Below are positions 1-7,952 of a stretch of DNA of 54,707 bases, one piece after another. Below the pieces are notes generated by a model, which was not told the origin of the DNA, searched no databases, and saw only the letters and a program-made list of their open reading frames with translations. The first letter of the stretch is position 1, and each line of letters begins with the position of its first letter. The position numbers were made by a program, and so were the translations under genes. This stretch comes from an uncultured Verrucomicrobiota bacterium (GTDB taxonomy: Bacteria > Verrucomicrobiota > Kiritimatiellia > CAIKKV01 > CAITUY01), in NCBI GenBank assembly GCA_964584205.1, contig CAZOZF010000003.1:5476-60182 (forward strand), read 5' to 3'.

Positions 1-714
1 TCCGATGGTGTAAACCTTGATCCCCATGGTTTTGGCGGCCTTGGCGGCGTCCTCAGGTTTAATGAGTCCGGTGTTGGACTCGCCATCCGACAGGAGCACC
101 ATGATTTTTGATTTAACTTCAGCATGTTCCATCCGGGCGCACCCGGTGGCGAGCGCATCGCCGATGGCGGTCAGCATGTCCTCCTGATTGAGAAGCTGGC
201 CGCCCTTGTCGAACTGTTCCCGGGCGGTTTCGACGCCCTTCAGGCTGTGAAGCAGGGCGTCGTGATCCAAGGTGAGTGGAGCCCGGCTGGAGGCAAACCC
301 GCCGAAGGTGATGAGGCCGATCAGGTCGCCCGGCCGCTTTTGAATGAATTGAGCGAAAGTGTCCTTGACCATATCGAGCCGGGTCCGCTGTTTGTCGCGG
401 GTGGAAAAGTCGAGCGCCTGCATGGAGCCTGAGCAGTCCACGATCATCTGGATGGCGATGGCATCGGATTTCCGGAGGGTGCGCGAGAAGATGGTTTGGG
501 GGCGGGCCAGGGCAATGATGGCCAATGCGGCACCCAGGAGATACAGGATCGGCGCCAGCGGGCGGAGCCGGGTTCGCCAGGTGGCGCGATTCGCGGGCAG
601 CCGATGGAAGGGCGAAAAAACAAGCGCCTGCTGAACACGACGGCGGTAAATGAACCATGCTGCCGCCGCAAGAGGCAGGAACAGTAGTAGCGCGATGGGA
701 GTTCCGAATGTCAT
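1..714 (-). CDS. VWA (von Willebrand factor A) domain membrane protein, BatA-like; C-terminus runs off the left window edge
   Basis: Absent from the supplied ORF track because it is open at the window edge. My own minus-strand translation from the ATG (complement of 712-714) gives MTFGTPIALLLFLPLAAAAWFIYRRR...IAIQMIVDCSGSM (MIDAS DxSxS)...IMVLLSDGESNTGLIKPEDAAKAAKTMGIKVYTIG. That is 238 codons in frame down to position 1. It has an N-terminal TM helix plus a VWA fold, as in BatA. Confidence 0.85.
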   Translation of the reverse strand, partial: MTFGTPIALLLFLPLAAAAWFIYRRRVQQALVFSPFHRLPANRATWRTRLRPLAPILYLLGAALAIIALARPQTIFSRTLRKSDAIAIQMIVDCSGSMQALDFSTRDKQRTRLDMVKDTFAQFIQKRPGDLIGLITFGGFASSRAPLTLDHDALLHSLKGVETAREQFDKGGQLLNQEDMLTAIGDALATGCARMEHAEVKSKIMVLLSDGESNTGLIKPEDAAKAAKTMGIKVYTIG

Positions 715-752
715 GTCGGCATCTCCTGGAAGAGCGGAGTCAACCACGACGA

Positions 753-1029
753 GAAAGATTTACCACGGAGGCACGGAGACACAGAGAGGAAAAGTGTTTT
801 GCGAATTTCATAGATTCGGAGTACCGAACCCATGAAATTCGCAAAACCACTCTTGAAGTAAGAGAAATCAGAAAGAGGAGGGGGGGTGATGGGGGCGACA
901 ACTCCTCTTTCTCTTGGAATTTCTTTGGAGGGGGTTGCGGGAATTCCGGGTGGTGTACTCGCCACACGGAATTCCCGCAACATTTTCTTCTCCGCTCCGT
1001 GTCTCCGTGTCTCCGTGGTAAATCTTTTC
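753..1029. repeat. Composite palindromic intergenic element: about 42-bp imperfect terminal inverted repeats built from 8-nt units (CACGGAGA), enclosing three perfect hairpins
   Basis: The left arm from 753 (gaaagatttaccacggaggcacggagacacagagaggaaaag) matches the reverse complement of the right arm 987-1029 with about 4 mismatches and 1 indel. Perfect internal stems are 797-811/832-846 (15 bp), 870-880/902-912 (11 bp) and 934-948/967-981 (15 bp). The element fills the 316-bp gap between two operon genes. Confidence 0.8.
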
Positions 1030-1030
1030 T

Positions 1031-1984
1031 TCATGCTGGCTTCTCCACGGCATCGGATTCGATATAGGTGCGGGCGGTGGAAAGGGCGGAGTCCACGGAG
1101 GTGTGGTCGGGGCGGAAGCCGGCATATTTCACCAGGTCGGCGGCCTGCATGAAGTCGCGCAGACGTTTGACGACATCATGGGAAAAGCGGGGATCGCGGG
1201 AGACGATGAGGAGAAATTCCTCGGTGGTCTGTTCCGGTGCCCGGATCGAGTGAGCCCGCTCGATATACAGGCGCACAATCATGGTGAGCTCAAAATAGAA
1301 CTCCTTGACCCGGTCATGGCCGATCAGATCCCTTGCCATCAGTTCAGCGAGCTCGAACAAGGCGCGTTCCCGGGGCGACATCCGACGGAGCTTCACGGCG
1401 CGGCGGAGTTTCCTGAACAGGCGCCACGCCCCGTAGGCGAGCGCGGCAATGCCGAGGGCCGCCAGGGTATACCCGATAAACCCTTTCAGTCCCGGATAGA
1501 TCCAGACCGGCCCGCGGGCTGTCGCGATGTCTTTGCCAAGGTCGCCCTTGAGCAGCGGTTCCGAAGCGAGGACGACGGGTTTGGTGGGGAACCATTGCTC
1601 GAGACCCGTGCCCGGCTGCTTCCAGGTCACCGCCATGGGGGCGATCCGATATTCGGAAGCGATTTGGGGAGTAAGCCTGACATTCCGGGTCGCGGTGGTT
1701 TTGCCACCGGAAACGACGGGGGGGCTATCAAAACTGCCCGCCACCGTGAATCCCTTGACCCGGGTTTCGAGGGGAGGCAGTTTGACGGTACTGTTTGTGG
1801 GTGAGGTGATTTGGAGGGTCAGAAGAATATCCCGGTCAAGCCGGACGACCGGGGGGGCAAAGGTGAACTTCACGGAGACCGGACCGCGGGAGGATTCCTC
1901 GATACGGGGTGTGTCCGATGGCACGGCCGCCGTATTGGAGGGCTTCGGGCAGCCGGTGAGGAGGAGGGAGAATAAAACGAACAT
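1031..1984 (-). CDS. Lipoprotein with an N-terminal BatD-like beta-rich domain, one TM helix and a DUF4381-like C-terminal domain
   Basis: This is the C-terminal two thirds of track ORF 1031..2407. The upstream part overlaps the DUF58 gene and is rejected. Start candidates are ATG 1984 (MFVLFSLLLTGC, lipobox) or ATG 2005 (MLNVRCSMFVLF...). The sequence has a TM segment GFIGYTLAALGIAALAYGAW followed by RLFRKLRR, and the tail ...EFYFELTMIVRLYIERAHSIRAPEQTTEEFL resembles DUF4381. It sits where the small membrane gene sits in MoxR-DUF58-x-BatA operons. Confidence 0.7.
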   Translation of the reverse strand: MFVLFSLLLTGCPKPSNTAAVPSDTPRIEESSRGPVSVKFTFAPPVVRLDRDILLTLQITSPTNSTVKLPPLETRVKGFTVAGSFDSPPVVSGGKTTATRNVRLTPQIASEYRIAPMAVTWKQPGTGLEQWFPTKPVVLASEPLLKGDLGKDIATARGPVWIYPGLKGFIGYTLAALGIAALAYGAWRLFRKLRRAVKLRRMSPRERALFELAELMARDLIGHDRVKEFYFELTMIVRLYIERAHSIRAPEQTTEEFLLIVSRDPRFSHDVVKRLRDFMQAADLVKYAGFRPDHTSVDSALSTARTYIESDAVEKPA

Positions 1985-2082
1985 CGAACATCGAACATTC
2001 AACATAGAACATTGAACGGAGGAAAGAAGTCTGACTTGACTTCGACGTTCGACGTTCAATGTTGAATGTTCAATGTTCGAAT
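1978..2082. repeat. Inverted arrays of heptamer repeats (6 x CGAACAT-like / 6 x complementary TTCRAYG) forming an imperfect hairpin of about 35 bp
   Basis: Units at 1978-2019 are cgaacat cgaacat cgaacat tcaacat agaacat tgaacgg. Units at 2041-2082 are ttcgacg ttcgacg ttcaatg ttgaatg ttcaatg ttcgaat. The arms are about 29/35 complementary with a 21-nt loop. The right arm abuts the DUF58 stop (2088-2090), and the left arm covers both candidate start codons of the next gene. Confidence 0.8.
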
Positions 2083-2087
2083 TCATG

Positions 2088-2978
2088 TTATCCCCGAGCC
2101 GCGCGAACCTGGCGTTGATGGAACAGTTTATGGATATCCTCAATGAACGGGCGGGCGGTGGAGAGCTGGAGGGCGTCAATCCGGTGCTTCCGGAAGAGCT
2201 TCGCCCGGGCTTCCTGCTCCTGTCGGGCATTGTTCCGGAAGGCGTCACGGAGGGAGGTGGAGGAGGTGTCGAGAAGCTCCAACTCACCGGTTTCGGGGTC
2301 TTGAATTTCCAGGAGGCCGACATCGGGTAATTCCTCTTCCCGCGGGTCGGACAGGCTGCAGCAGATGACATCATGGCGGCGCGCGGTGACGCGCAGTTCC
2401 CGTTCAAACCCGGTATCCATGAAGTCCGAGATGATGAACACCACAGCCCGGCGCTTTTGGACCTGGTTGAGAAAGCGGAGGGCTCCGGCGAGATCCGTAC
2501 CGCGCCGGGTTTCCTCGGTGGCGAGAACTTCCCGCACGAGCCGCATGGCGGCGGTTCGGCCCTTGCGGGGCGGGATGGATTTCTCGATGCGGTCGCTGAA
2601 GAGGATCAGGCCGATTTTGTCCTGGTTTTTGATGGCGGACAACGCCAGGACGCAGGTGATTTCCGCCGCCAGTTCAGATTTGGCGCGCTGACCGGAACCG
2701 AAGGCCTGCGAGCCGGAGACATCCACCAGGAAAAGAATAGTGAGCTCCCGTTCCTCGCAGAACCGTTTGACAAACGCGGTGCCCATGCGGGCGGTGACGT
2801 TCCAATCAATAGACCGGATATCATCGCCCGGCGTGTACTCCCGGACCTCGTCGAATTCGATTCCGTGCCCCTTGAAGACGGAATGGTATTCGCCCGAGAG
2901 ATGCTCATCCACGAGCCGGTTGGTGACCAGGCGGATCTGGCCCACCTGCTTCATCAGTTCTTTGACATTCAGGGGCAT
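2088..2978 (-). CDS. DUF58 domain protein (MoxR-associated, VWA-like)
   Basis: 296 aa. It carries the motif EYHSVFKGHGIEFDEVREYTPGDDIRSIDWNVTARMG typical of DUF58 and lies directly downstream of the MoxR ATPase. Confidence 0.9.
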   Translation of the reverse strand: MPLNVKELMKQVGQIRLVTNRLVDEHLSGEYHSVFKGHGIEFDEVREYTPGDDIRSIDWNVTARMGTAFVKRFCEERELTILFLVDVSGSQAFGSGQRAKSELAAEITCVLALSAIKNQDKIGLILFSDRIEKSIPPRKGRTAAMRLVREVLATEETRRGTDLAGALRFLNQVQKRRAVVFIISDFMDTGFERELRVTARRHDVICCSLSDPREEELPDVGLLEIQDPETGELELLDTSSTSLRDAFRNNARQEQEARAKLFRKHRIDALQLSTARPFIEDIHKLFHQRQVRAARG

Positions 2979-2983
2979 ATTAG

Positions 2984-3007
2984 GGTTTCAGGGTTCAGGG
3001 TTCAGGG
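2984..3007. repeat. Tandem heptamer array (GGGTTCA/AGGGTTC x3; CCCTGAA on the mRNA strand) in the MoxR-DUF58 junction
   Basis: The sequence gggtttcagggttcagggttcaggg lies 5 nt upstream of the DUF58 start codon (complement of 2976-2978). A further related copy, cccctgaa, forms codons 2-4 of DUF58. Confidence 0.75.
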
Positions 3008-3025
3008 AAAGGTGCGAAACGCTTG

Positions 3026-4012
3026 TTAGGGGACTGGGATTTCGTTCAAAATTTTTGCGATGATATCCTCGCTCCTCATATTCTCGGCCTCGGCTTCATA
3101 GGTGAGGATGAGGCGGTGGCGGAGAACGTCGTAGGCAATTTCCTTGATGTCCTGAGGGGTGGCGTAAGCCCGGCCATGCAGCAGAGCGTTGGCTCGGGAG
3201 GCGATATTCAGGAACAGGCTGGCGCGAGGGGAGCCGCCGTATTGGATGAAATGAGCCAAGTCCAGTTTGTAATCTGCGGGTTTTCGGGTGGCGAAGACAA
3301 TATCGAGGATGTAGTCGGCCACCTTTTCATCGCAGTACACCTGATCCAGAATGTCACGGATGGCCAGGATTTGTTCGGCGGACATGACGGGAGAGACCTT
3401 GATGTCCGACTTCCGGCTGAACCGGTTCATGATACGGCGTTCGTCATCCTTCGAGGGATAATCCACGCGGCACTTGAGCATGAACCGGTCGATCTGGGCT
3501 TCAGGGAGGGGGTAGGTACCTTCCTGTTCAAGGGGATTCTGGGTGGCCATGACCATGAACGGTTCAGGCAGGGGATAGGTCTGATTACCGATGGTGACCT
3601 GGTGTTCCTGCATCGCTTCCAGGAGGGCGGATTGCACCTTGGCGGGGGCCCGGTTAATTTCGTCGGCTAGCAGGAGATTGGTGAAGATGGGACCCAGGCG
3701 TGGGGTGAAGGTTCCCTCGCGCGGGTTGTAGATCATGGTCCCGATCACATCCGCCGGAAGCAGATCGGGGGTAAAGCTGATGCGCTGGAACTTGAGTCCC
3801 AGGGCCTGGGCCATCGTCTTGACGGCGGTGGTCTTGGCGAGGCCCGGTACGCCTTCCAACAGGATGTGGCCGTTGGAGATCAGGGCGATGAGCATGCGAT
3901 CCAGCAGGCGTTCCTGGCCGACCAGGACTTTGTTCACTTCCTGTCGTACGCCGTCAATCAGCGCCTTTTGTTCATTGATGATGTTGGTGGTTCGGGTGAT
4001 GTCGGTTGTCAT
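3026..4012 (-). CDS. MoxR-family AAA+ ATPase
   Basis: 328 aa with Walker A LLEGVPGLAKT and Walker B region LLADEINRAPAKVQSALLEAMQE, a typical MoxR/AAA_3 architecture. Confidence 0.95.
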   Translation of the reverse strand: MTTDITRTTNIINEQKALIDGVRQEVNKVLVGQERLLDRMLIALISNGHILLEGVPGLAKTTAVKTMAQALGLKFQRISFTPDLLPADVIGTMIYNPREGTFTPRLGPIFTNLLLADEINRAPAKVQSALLEAMQEHQVTIGNQTYPLPEPFMVMATQNPLEQEGTYPLPEAQIDRFMLKCRVDYPSKDDERRIMNRFSRKSDIKVSPVMSAEQILAIRDILDQVYCDEKVADYILDIVFATRKPADYKLDLAHFIQYGGSPRASLFLNIASRANALLHGRAYATPQDIKEIAYDVLRHRLILTYEAEAENMRSEDIIAKILNEIPVP

Positions 4013-4025
4013 GGTGTGCTCCGGA

Positions 4026-5192
4026 TTACTTGGCGGTTTCCTTCTGATCCTGCGGTTTGGGTTTGTCTTTCAAAAGATCCTGAAATCCCTGGGTCATGGC
4101 GTCTGCGCTCTCCGGGCTCAGTAAATAGATCCAGGGACTGAATTTGTCGTTCAGGCGTTTGGCGGAGGCGGCTGTTTGGGTATTCTCCTTTTCCCGGGCC
4201 TGGGCGAGCGCCACCTGATTGGTGTCTGCGCCGGACGGGGCCGGAAGGGCAGGCGTCGCGAAGGCCACGGCGACGGAAGCATACCGCTTTGTGTCGCCAG
4301 CGGGGGATTTGCCAATGCGAAGGGTGGCCTTTTCGCCTTTCTTTGACGTCGCCTCATAGATGGCCGGCTTATCCAGACCGGTTTGTTCAGGCGACAATTT
4401 TGGATCCGCCACGTCATCAAACCGCAGGAAGTTCAGGGCGGATCCCAATGAGCCGAGTTTCGTGGAATCCACCTCCTTATTGTCGGGGATGGTGCCCTGC
4501 ACCTTGAGATCGTCCGTTGGAGTGGCCCGCGTGGCGTGAATCTCGCCGGTGGGTCTGCCGGTGACATGGACGGCGATGATGTCGGTGAGGGCTAGAAAAT
4601 CAGTGTCGAGCCAGTCCTTATCGTGAGCGGTCGCTTCGGGAAAGGTCTCTCCGATGAGAGAAATCTGTCCGGCGTCTGTCATGACGAACTGGCTGTCCGG
4701 ATATTCTCCCATTCCGGATTCCGGACCGGGTCGGGAACGGGTTTTCCCGAGATAGAGGGATGAGATGGCGGATCCTTGGCTGTTCAGCAATTGAATGCGG
4801 GTGGCGCGCTGCTCCCGGTTTATGGTGCCGGTGTCGGTCGAGGTCAGCAGTTGCAATTCACCGCGTTCGGTTGGAGTTGTCTGGATAGACTGGAGGATCT
4901 TGGCGTCCGCAAGTTTACGCAGGAGATCCCTGATTTTCCCGAAATCGGCCGGGTAATTCCATTTTCCCGGCACCCGCCAGATGCCGTCGACACGGGAAAC
5001 TGTGGTGGTTTCCGTTGGAGACTGGATATGGATCGAGGCGATCTCATTGACTTGCTTTTGAAGCGCTGGAAAGGCGTTGTTTCCAAGTGACGCGGCTTCG
5101 GTATTTCGGGTTTCTTTCCTGGAGCTCCAGGTCGCAAGTCCGGCCATAACGGCAGCGAGTCCGGCCAAGGTAATGAGTTGTTTAGCGTTCAT
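4026..5192 (-). CDS. DUF4340 domain protein (partner of GldG-type ABC auxiliary proteins)
   Basis: 388 aa with an N-terminal signal anchor MNAKQLITLAGLAAVMAGLATW. The sequence pattern (...VDGIWRVPGKWNYPADFGKIRDLLRKLADAKI...) and the position downstream of a GldG-like gene fit DUF4340. Confidence 0.7.
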   Translation of the reverse strand: MNAKQLITLAGLAAVMAGLATWSSRKETRNTEAASLGNNAFPALQKQVNEIASIHIQSPTETTTVSRVDGIWRVPGKWNYPADFGKIRDLLRKLADAKILQSIQTTPTERGELQLLTSTDTGTINREQRATRIQLLNSQGSAISSLYLGKTRSRPGPESGMGEYPDSQFVMTDAGQISLIGETFPEATAHDKDWLDTDFLALTDIIAVHVTGRPTGEIHATRATPTDDLKVQGTIPDNKEVDSTKLGSLGSALNFLRFDDVADPKLSPEQTGLDKPAIYEATSKKGEKATLRIGKSPAGDTKRYASVAVAFATPALPAPSGADTNQVALAQAREKENTQTAASAKRLNDKFSPWIYLLSPESADAMTQGFQDLLKDKPKPQDQKETAK

Positions 5193-5242
5193 GCGTTCTC
5201 CTACTGTAAGTCATCCTATTGACTGATTCTAATAGAAACGGT

Positions 5243-7144
5243 TTATTTTTTCATCCTTCTGAAAGCGGCAAACAGAATTCCCGCCAGAATCACGAAGGCG
5301 GGGATGAGTAGAATATTGATGGCTTTGACCTTCATGCCCAGGGATTCGATATCCTCCCGGAGATTTCGGCGAACCTGTTTAAGTTCCTGCTTGGTGTTCA
5401 GAACTTCGGTCCGGATTTTTTCCAGTTCGCGGGCCTGTTCCGGGCTCATGATGAACCGCTGTTTTTCATCTTTCTGTCGCTGAAGTTCATCGATCCGGCG
5501 TTGGGAGGCCTGGAGTTTTTCCTCCAGCCTCTGTTCCTGTTCCATCCAGCGTGACTGGGCCTCGGCCTGGAGGGACAGGACGCGGGTGAAGGGGCGGTTC
5601 AGGGTGCCCCGGCACCGGATCCCGATGAGGTCGGCGCTGCCGGCCATTTGTTCCACCATATTGGCGAACAGGTTGATGTTGTCATTGAACGGCTGGACTC
5701 CCCGATAGCCGAACAGGTTGAGTTCCTGGACGCAGAAGTCATTGAACAGCATGTCGACATCCGCCACCAGAATCACATGTCCCTCCTGCTGGCTCTCCTT
5801 GAGGAATCGGGCGTCGGTGGTTTTGACACTGTTGGTATTGGCGGGATCCTCGGAAGGGGCGCCATTCGGGAAGGCGGTTTTGAACTTGCCCTGGAGGCGG
5901 ACGGCCAGTGAGCAGGGGTTCGGGTTGTTTTTGAGCTCGCGACGGAAGGCATTGGGATCGAACTGCATCATCATGGCATCCGTCAGGGTGCTTCTTGCCG
6001 AGGTCGTGACGAGGGGTGTCATCCGGAGTCCCTCTGTGGGCGTACCGGAGAAGGCTCCCGCCATGACCATCATGAGCGAATTGACGGGGGCGGTGAGCAC
6101 ATCGTTGGCGGTCAGGTTCTTCTTGGTCAGGCTCAGGTAAAGGGGACTTTGCTCGATGGTGTTGTTCTGGCTTCGGAGCGGGGTGGTGGCGTCGATATCG
6201 GCCACGATTTTTCCGGCCTCGAATGTGACGCCCCAGGCGTCAAGCAACTTACCGAGGGTCGAGGAGCGCTGGGCGCCCATACCGCCGTAGGGATCCATTT
6301 GGGATGAAGCCGGCTGGTCGGCGACGCAGAAGGGATCCATGAAGGCCAGAAGACGTCCGCCCTGGATCACGAATTGGTCGATGGCGTAGAGCGTTTTGTC
6401 GGAGAGCGACTTGGGATGAACCACGACCAGGGTGTCCAGATCCGGATCCAGCGTTCCGGTCGAAGGGGCGATGGACCGGACTTCATAATCCTGGCCAAGA
6501 TCACGGAAGGCGGCCCAGGACTGGGATTTCGGCTGGCGACCCGGGGGCATGTAGGGTGAGGGTTGTGCCCCCAGAACGGGAAGCGGGCTCAGGACGCCCA
6601 CGACCGGTTTTTTAACGGTGGTGACGCGATGGATCATCCGGGTGATGTTATATTCCAGAAGATCCCCGGTACGCGGGTCAATGAGCGGAATGATGTCCTG
6701 TTGTTCGCCGGAACGGGCTACGAGCCCAAGGAACAGGCTCGGGCCTGCGGGAGGAAGCATCTGCCCCTGAAGGCCGTAGCGCTGGGCGAGATCCTCGGCG
6801 TCGGAATCGGGTTTGGGGTCATATTTTTCAATATGGATTTTGCCACCGCTGGCGAGTTCATATTCCTTCAGGAGATCCTCCACCTGCTGGGCGAAGGTTT
6901 TCAGGGGAGCGGGAACTTCCGGTGCGCTTCCGGTAAAGAAGAACATCAGCGTAACCGTCCGATCCATTTTTTGCAGGACAGCCCGGGTGCCGTCCGACAG
7001 GGTGTATAATTTTTCAGCCGTCAGATCCTGCCGAAGCCTGAACTGGCTGAGGATAATGTTGGCGGCGACCAGGATGGCCAGAACCATGACCAGTCCCAGG
7101 GTGCCCCCGCTGAGTTTCCAGACTCGGGATAATGTGGTTTTCAT
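5243..7144 (-). CDS. GldG-like ABC-transporter auxiliary protein (Gldg family)
   Basis: Track ORF 5243..7168. I prefer ATG 7144 (MKTTLSRVWKL...) because GGAGA lies 8 nt upstream. The protein has an N-terminal TM, a large periplasmic region, a C-terminal coiled coil (EQRLEEKLQASQRRIDELQRQKDEKQ) and a final TM anchor, as in GldG. Confidence 0.8.
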   Translation of the reverse strand: MKTTLSRVWKLSGGTLGLVMVLAILVAANIILSQFRLRQDLTAEKLYTLSDGTRAVLQKMDRTVTLMFFFTGSAPEVPAPLKTFAQQVEDLLKEYELASGGKIHIEKYDPKPDSDAEDLAQRYGLQGQMLPPAGPSLFLGLVARSGEQQDIIPLIDPRTGDLLEYNITRMIHRVTTVKKPVVGVLSPLPVLGAQPSPYMPPGRQPKSQSWAAFRDLGQDYEVRSIAPSTGTLDPDLDTLVVVHPKSLSDKTLYAIDQFVIQGGRLLAFMDPFCVADQPASSQMDPYGGMGAQRSSTLGKLLDAWGVTFEAGKIVADIDATTPLRSQNNTIEQSPLYLSLTKKNLTANDVLTAPVNSLMMVMAGAFSGTPTEGLRMTPLVTTSARSTLTDAMMMQFDPNAFRRELKNNPNPCSLAVRLQGKFKTAFPNGAPSEDPANTNSVKTTDARFLKESQQEGHVILVADVDMLFNDFCVQELNLFGYRGVQPFNDNINLFANMVEQMAGSADLIGIRCRGTLNRPFTRVLSLQAEAQSRWMEQEQRLEEKLQASQRRIDELQRQKDEKQRFIMSPEQARELEKIRTEVLNTKQELKQVRRNLREDIESLGMKVKAINILLIPAFVILAGILFAAFRRMKK

Positions 7145-7182
7145 AGTAAGTTTCTCCGGATTATTCATTGTAAAATAGGGGA

Positions 7183-7941
7183 TTATGCGGCTTTACGGTT
7201 TTCCAGAACAAGATGTGTGGCGAATAACATAAAGATGATGACACTGGCGTAATACGCCAGATCCCGCAGGGCGATGACGCCGCGCTGGATGGATTCGTAA
7301 TGCGGCATGAAGCTGAGGGAGGCCACGCCGGTGACCAGCCAGTTGAGGGAGGCATGATCCTGAGTCGCCCGGATCAATAGATCCGTGACCGGCGGCCACC
7401 CGGCCAGAAGCAGGAAGAGGCAGATGACCACGGAAATGACGAAGCTGATCACCTGGTTCCGCGTCATGGCCGATGTCAGCATTCCGACCGAGAGATACAT
7501 ACCGGCGAGGAGGAAGCTCCCGAAATACCCGGCCAGTGCGACTCCGATATCCGGACTGCCGAGATACAGGGTGGTCAGGAGAACCGGGAAGGTCAGGATT
7601 AAAGCCAGTGTCAGGAACGCCCAGGCGGCGAGGAATTTTCCCAAGATGGCCTCGGTCAGGGTTACTGGCAGGGTGAGGAGCAGTTCGATGGTGCCCGAAC
7701 GCCGTTCCTCGGCCCATAATCGCATGGCGGCGGCGGGGACCAGGATCATGTAGACCCAGGGATGCCAGAGGAAAAAGCCCCGGAGGTCGGCCTGTCCGCT
7801 TTCATAGAACCGGCCGACGGCAAAGGTCAGGAAGGCCGTCAGCATAAGGAAAACAACCAAAAAAACATAGGCGACCGGGGATTCGAAATAGGCTTTCAGT
7901 TCACGCTTGAAGATGGCTTTTGTGTTATGGATAAAATTCAT
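7183..7941 (-). CDS. ABC-2 type permease (GldF-like)
   Basis: 252 aa, polytopic, with N-terminus MNFIHNTKAIFKRELKAYFESPVAYVFLVVF typical of ABC-2/GldF permeases. It lies between the ATPase and GldG-like genes. Confidence 0.85.
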   Translation of the reverse strand: MNFIHNTKAIFKRELKAYFESPVAYVFLVVFLMLTAFLTFAVGRFYESGQADLRGFFLWHPWVYMILVPAAAMRLWAEERRSGTIELLLTLPVTLTEAILGKFLAAWAFLTLALILTFPVLLTTLYLGSPDIGVALAGYFGSFLLAGMYLSVGMLTSAMTRNQVISFVISVVICLFLLLAGWPPVTDLLIRATQDHASLNWLVTGVASLSFMPHYESIQRGVIALRDLAYYASVIIFMLFATHLVLENRKAA

Positions 7942-7952
7942 GGCTTGCTCCT

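Noticed and set aside
119-658. 179-aa minus-strand ORF and several 60-100-aa ORFs at the left edge
   Set aside because: They are alternative frames of the batA-like VWA gene, whose frame gives a clean MIDAS motif and VWA fold and runs open to position 1. Their translations are Pro/Arg/Gly-rich with no motifs.
711-1034. 107-aa ORF (MKKRFTTETRRHGAEKK...) and the overlapping plus-strand ORFs 657..1067 and 650..835
   Set aside because: They exactly span the palindromic repeat element. Because the element is an inverted repeat, both strands yield similar pseudo-peptides (FTTETRRHG / FTTEARRHRE). This is the signature of a translated repeat, not of a gene.
1978-2082. Possibility that the short-period repeat arrays (also 2984-3007, 39432-39565) are CRISPR arrays
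   Set aside because: The units are only 7-8 nt, directly tandem with no spacers, and arranged as inverted arrays. No cas genes are present in the window.
1985-2407. N-terminal 141 codons of track ORF 1031..2407 (458 aa)
   Set aside because: This part overlaps the 3' end of the well-supported DUF58 gene in another frame and runs through the heptamer hairpin. The lipoprotein signal peptide begins at 1984 or 2005, so the long form is an artefact of a missing in-frame stop.
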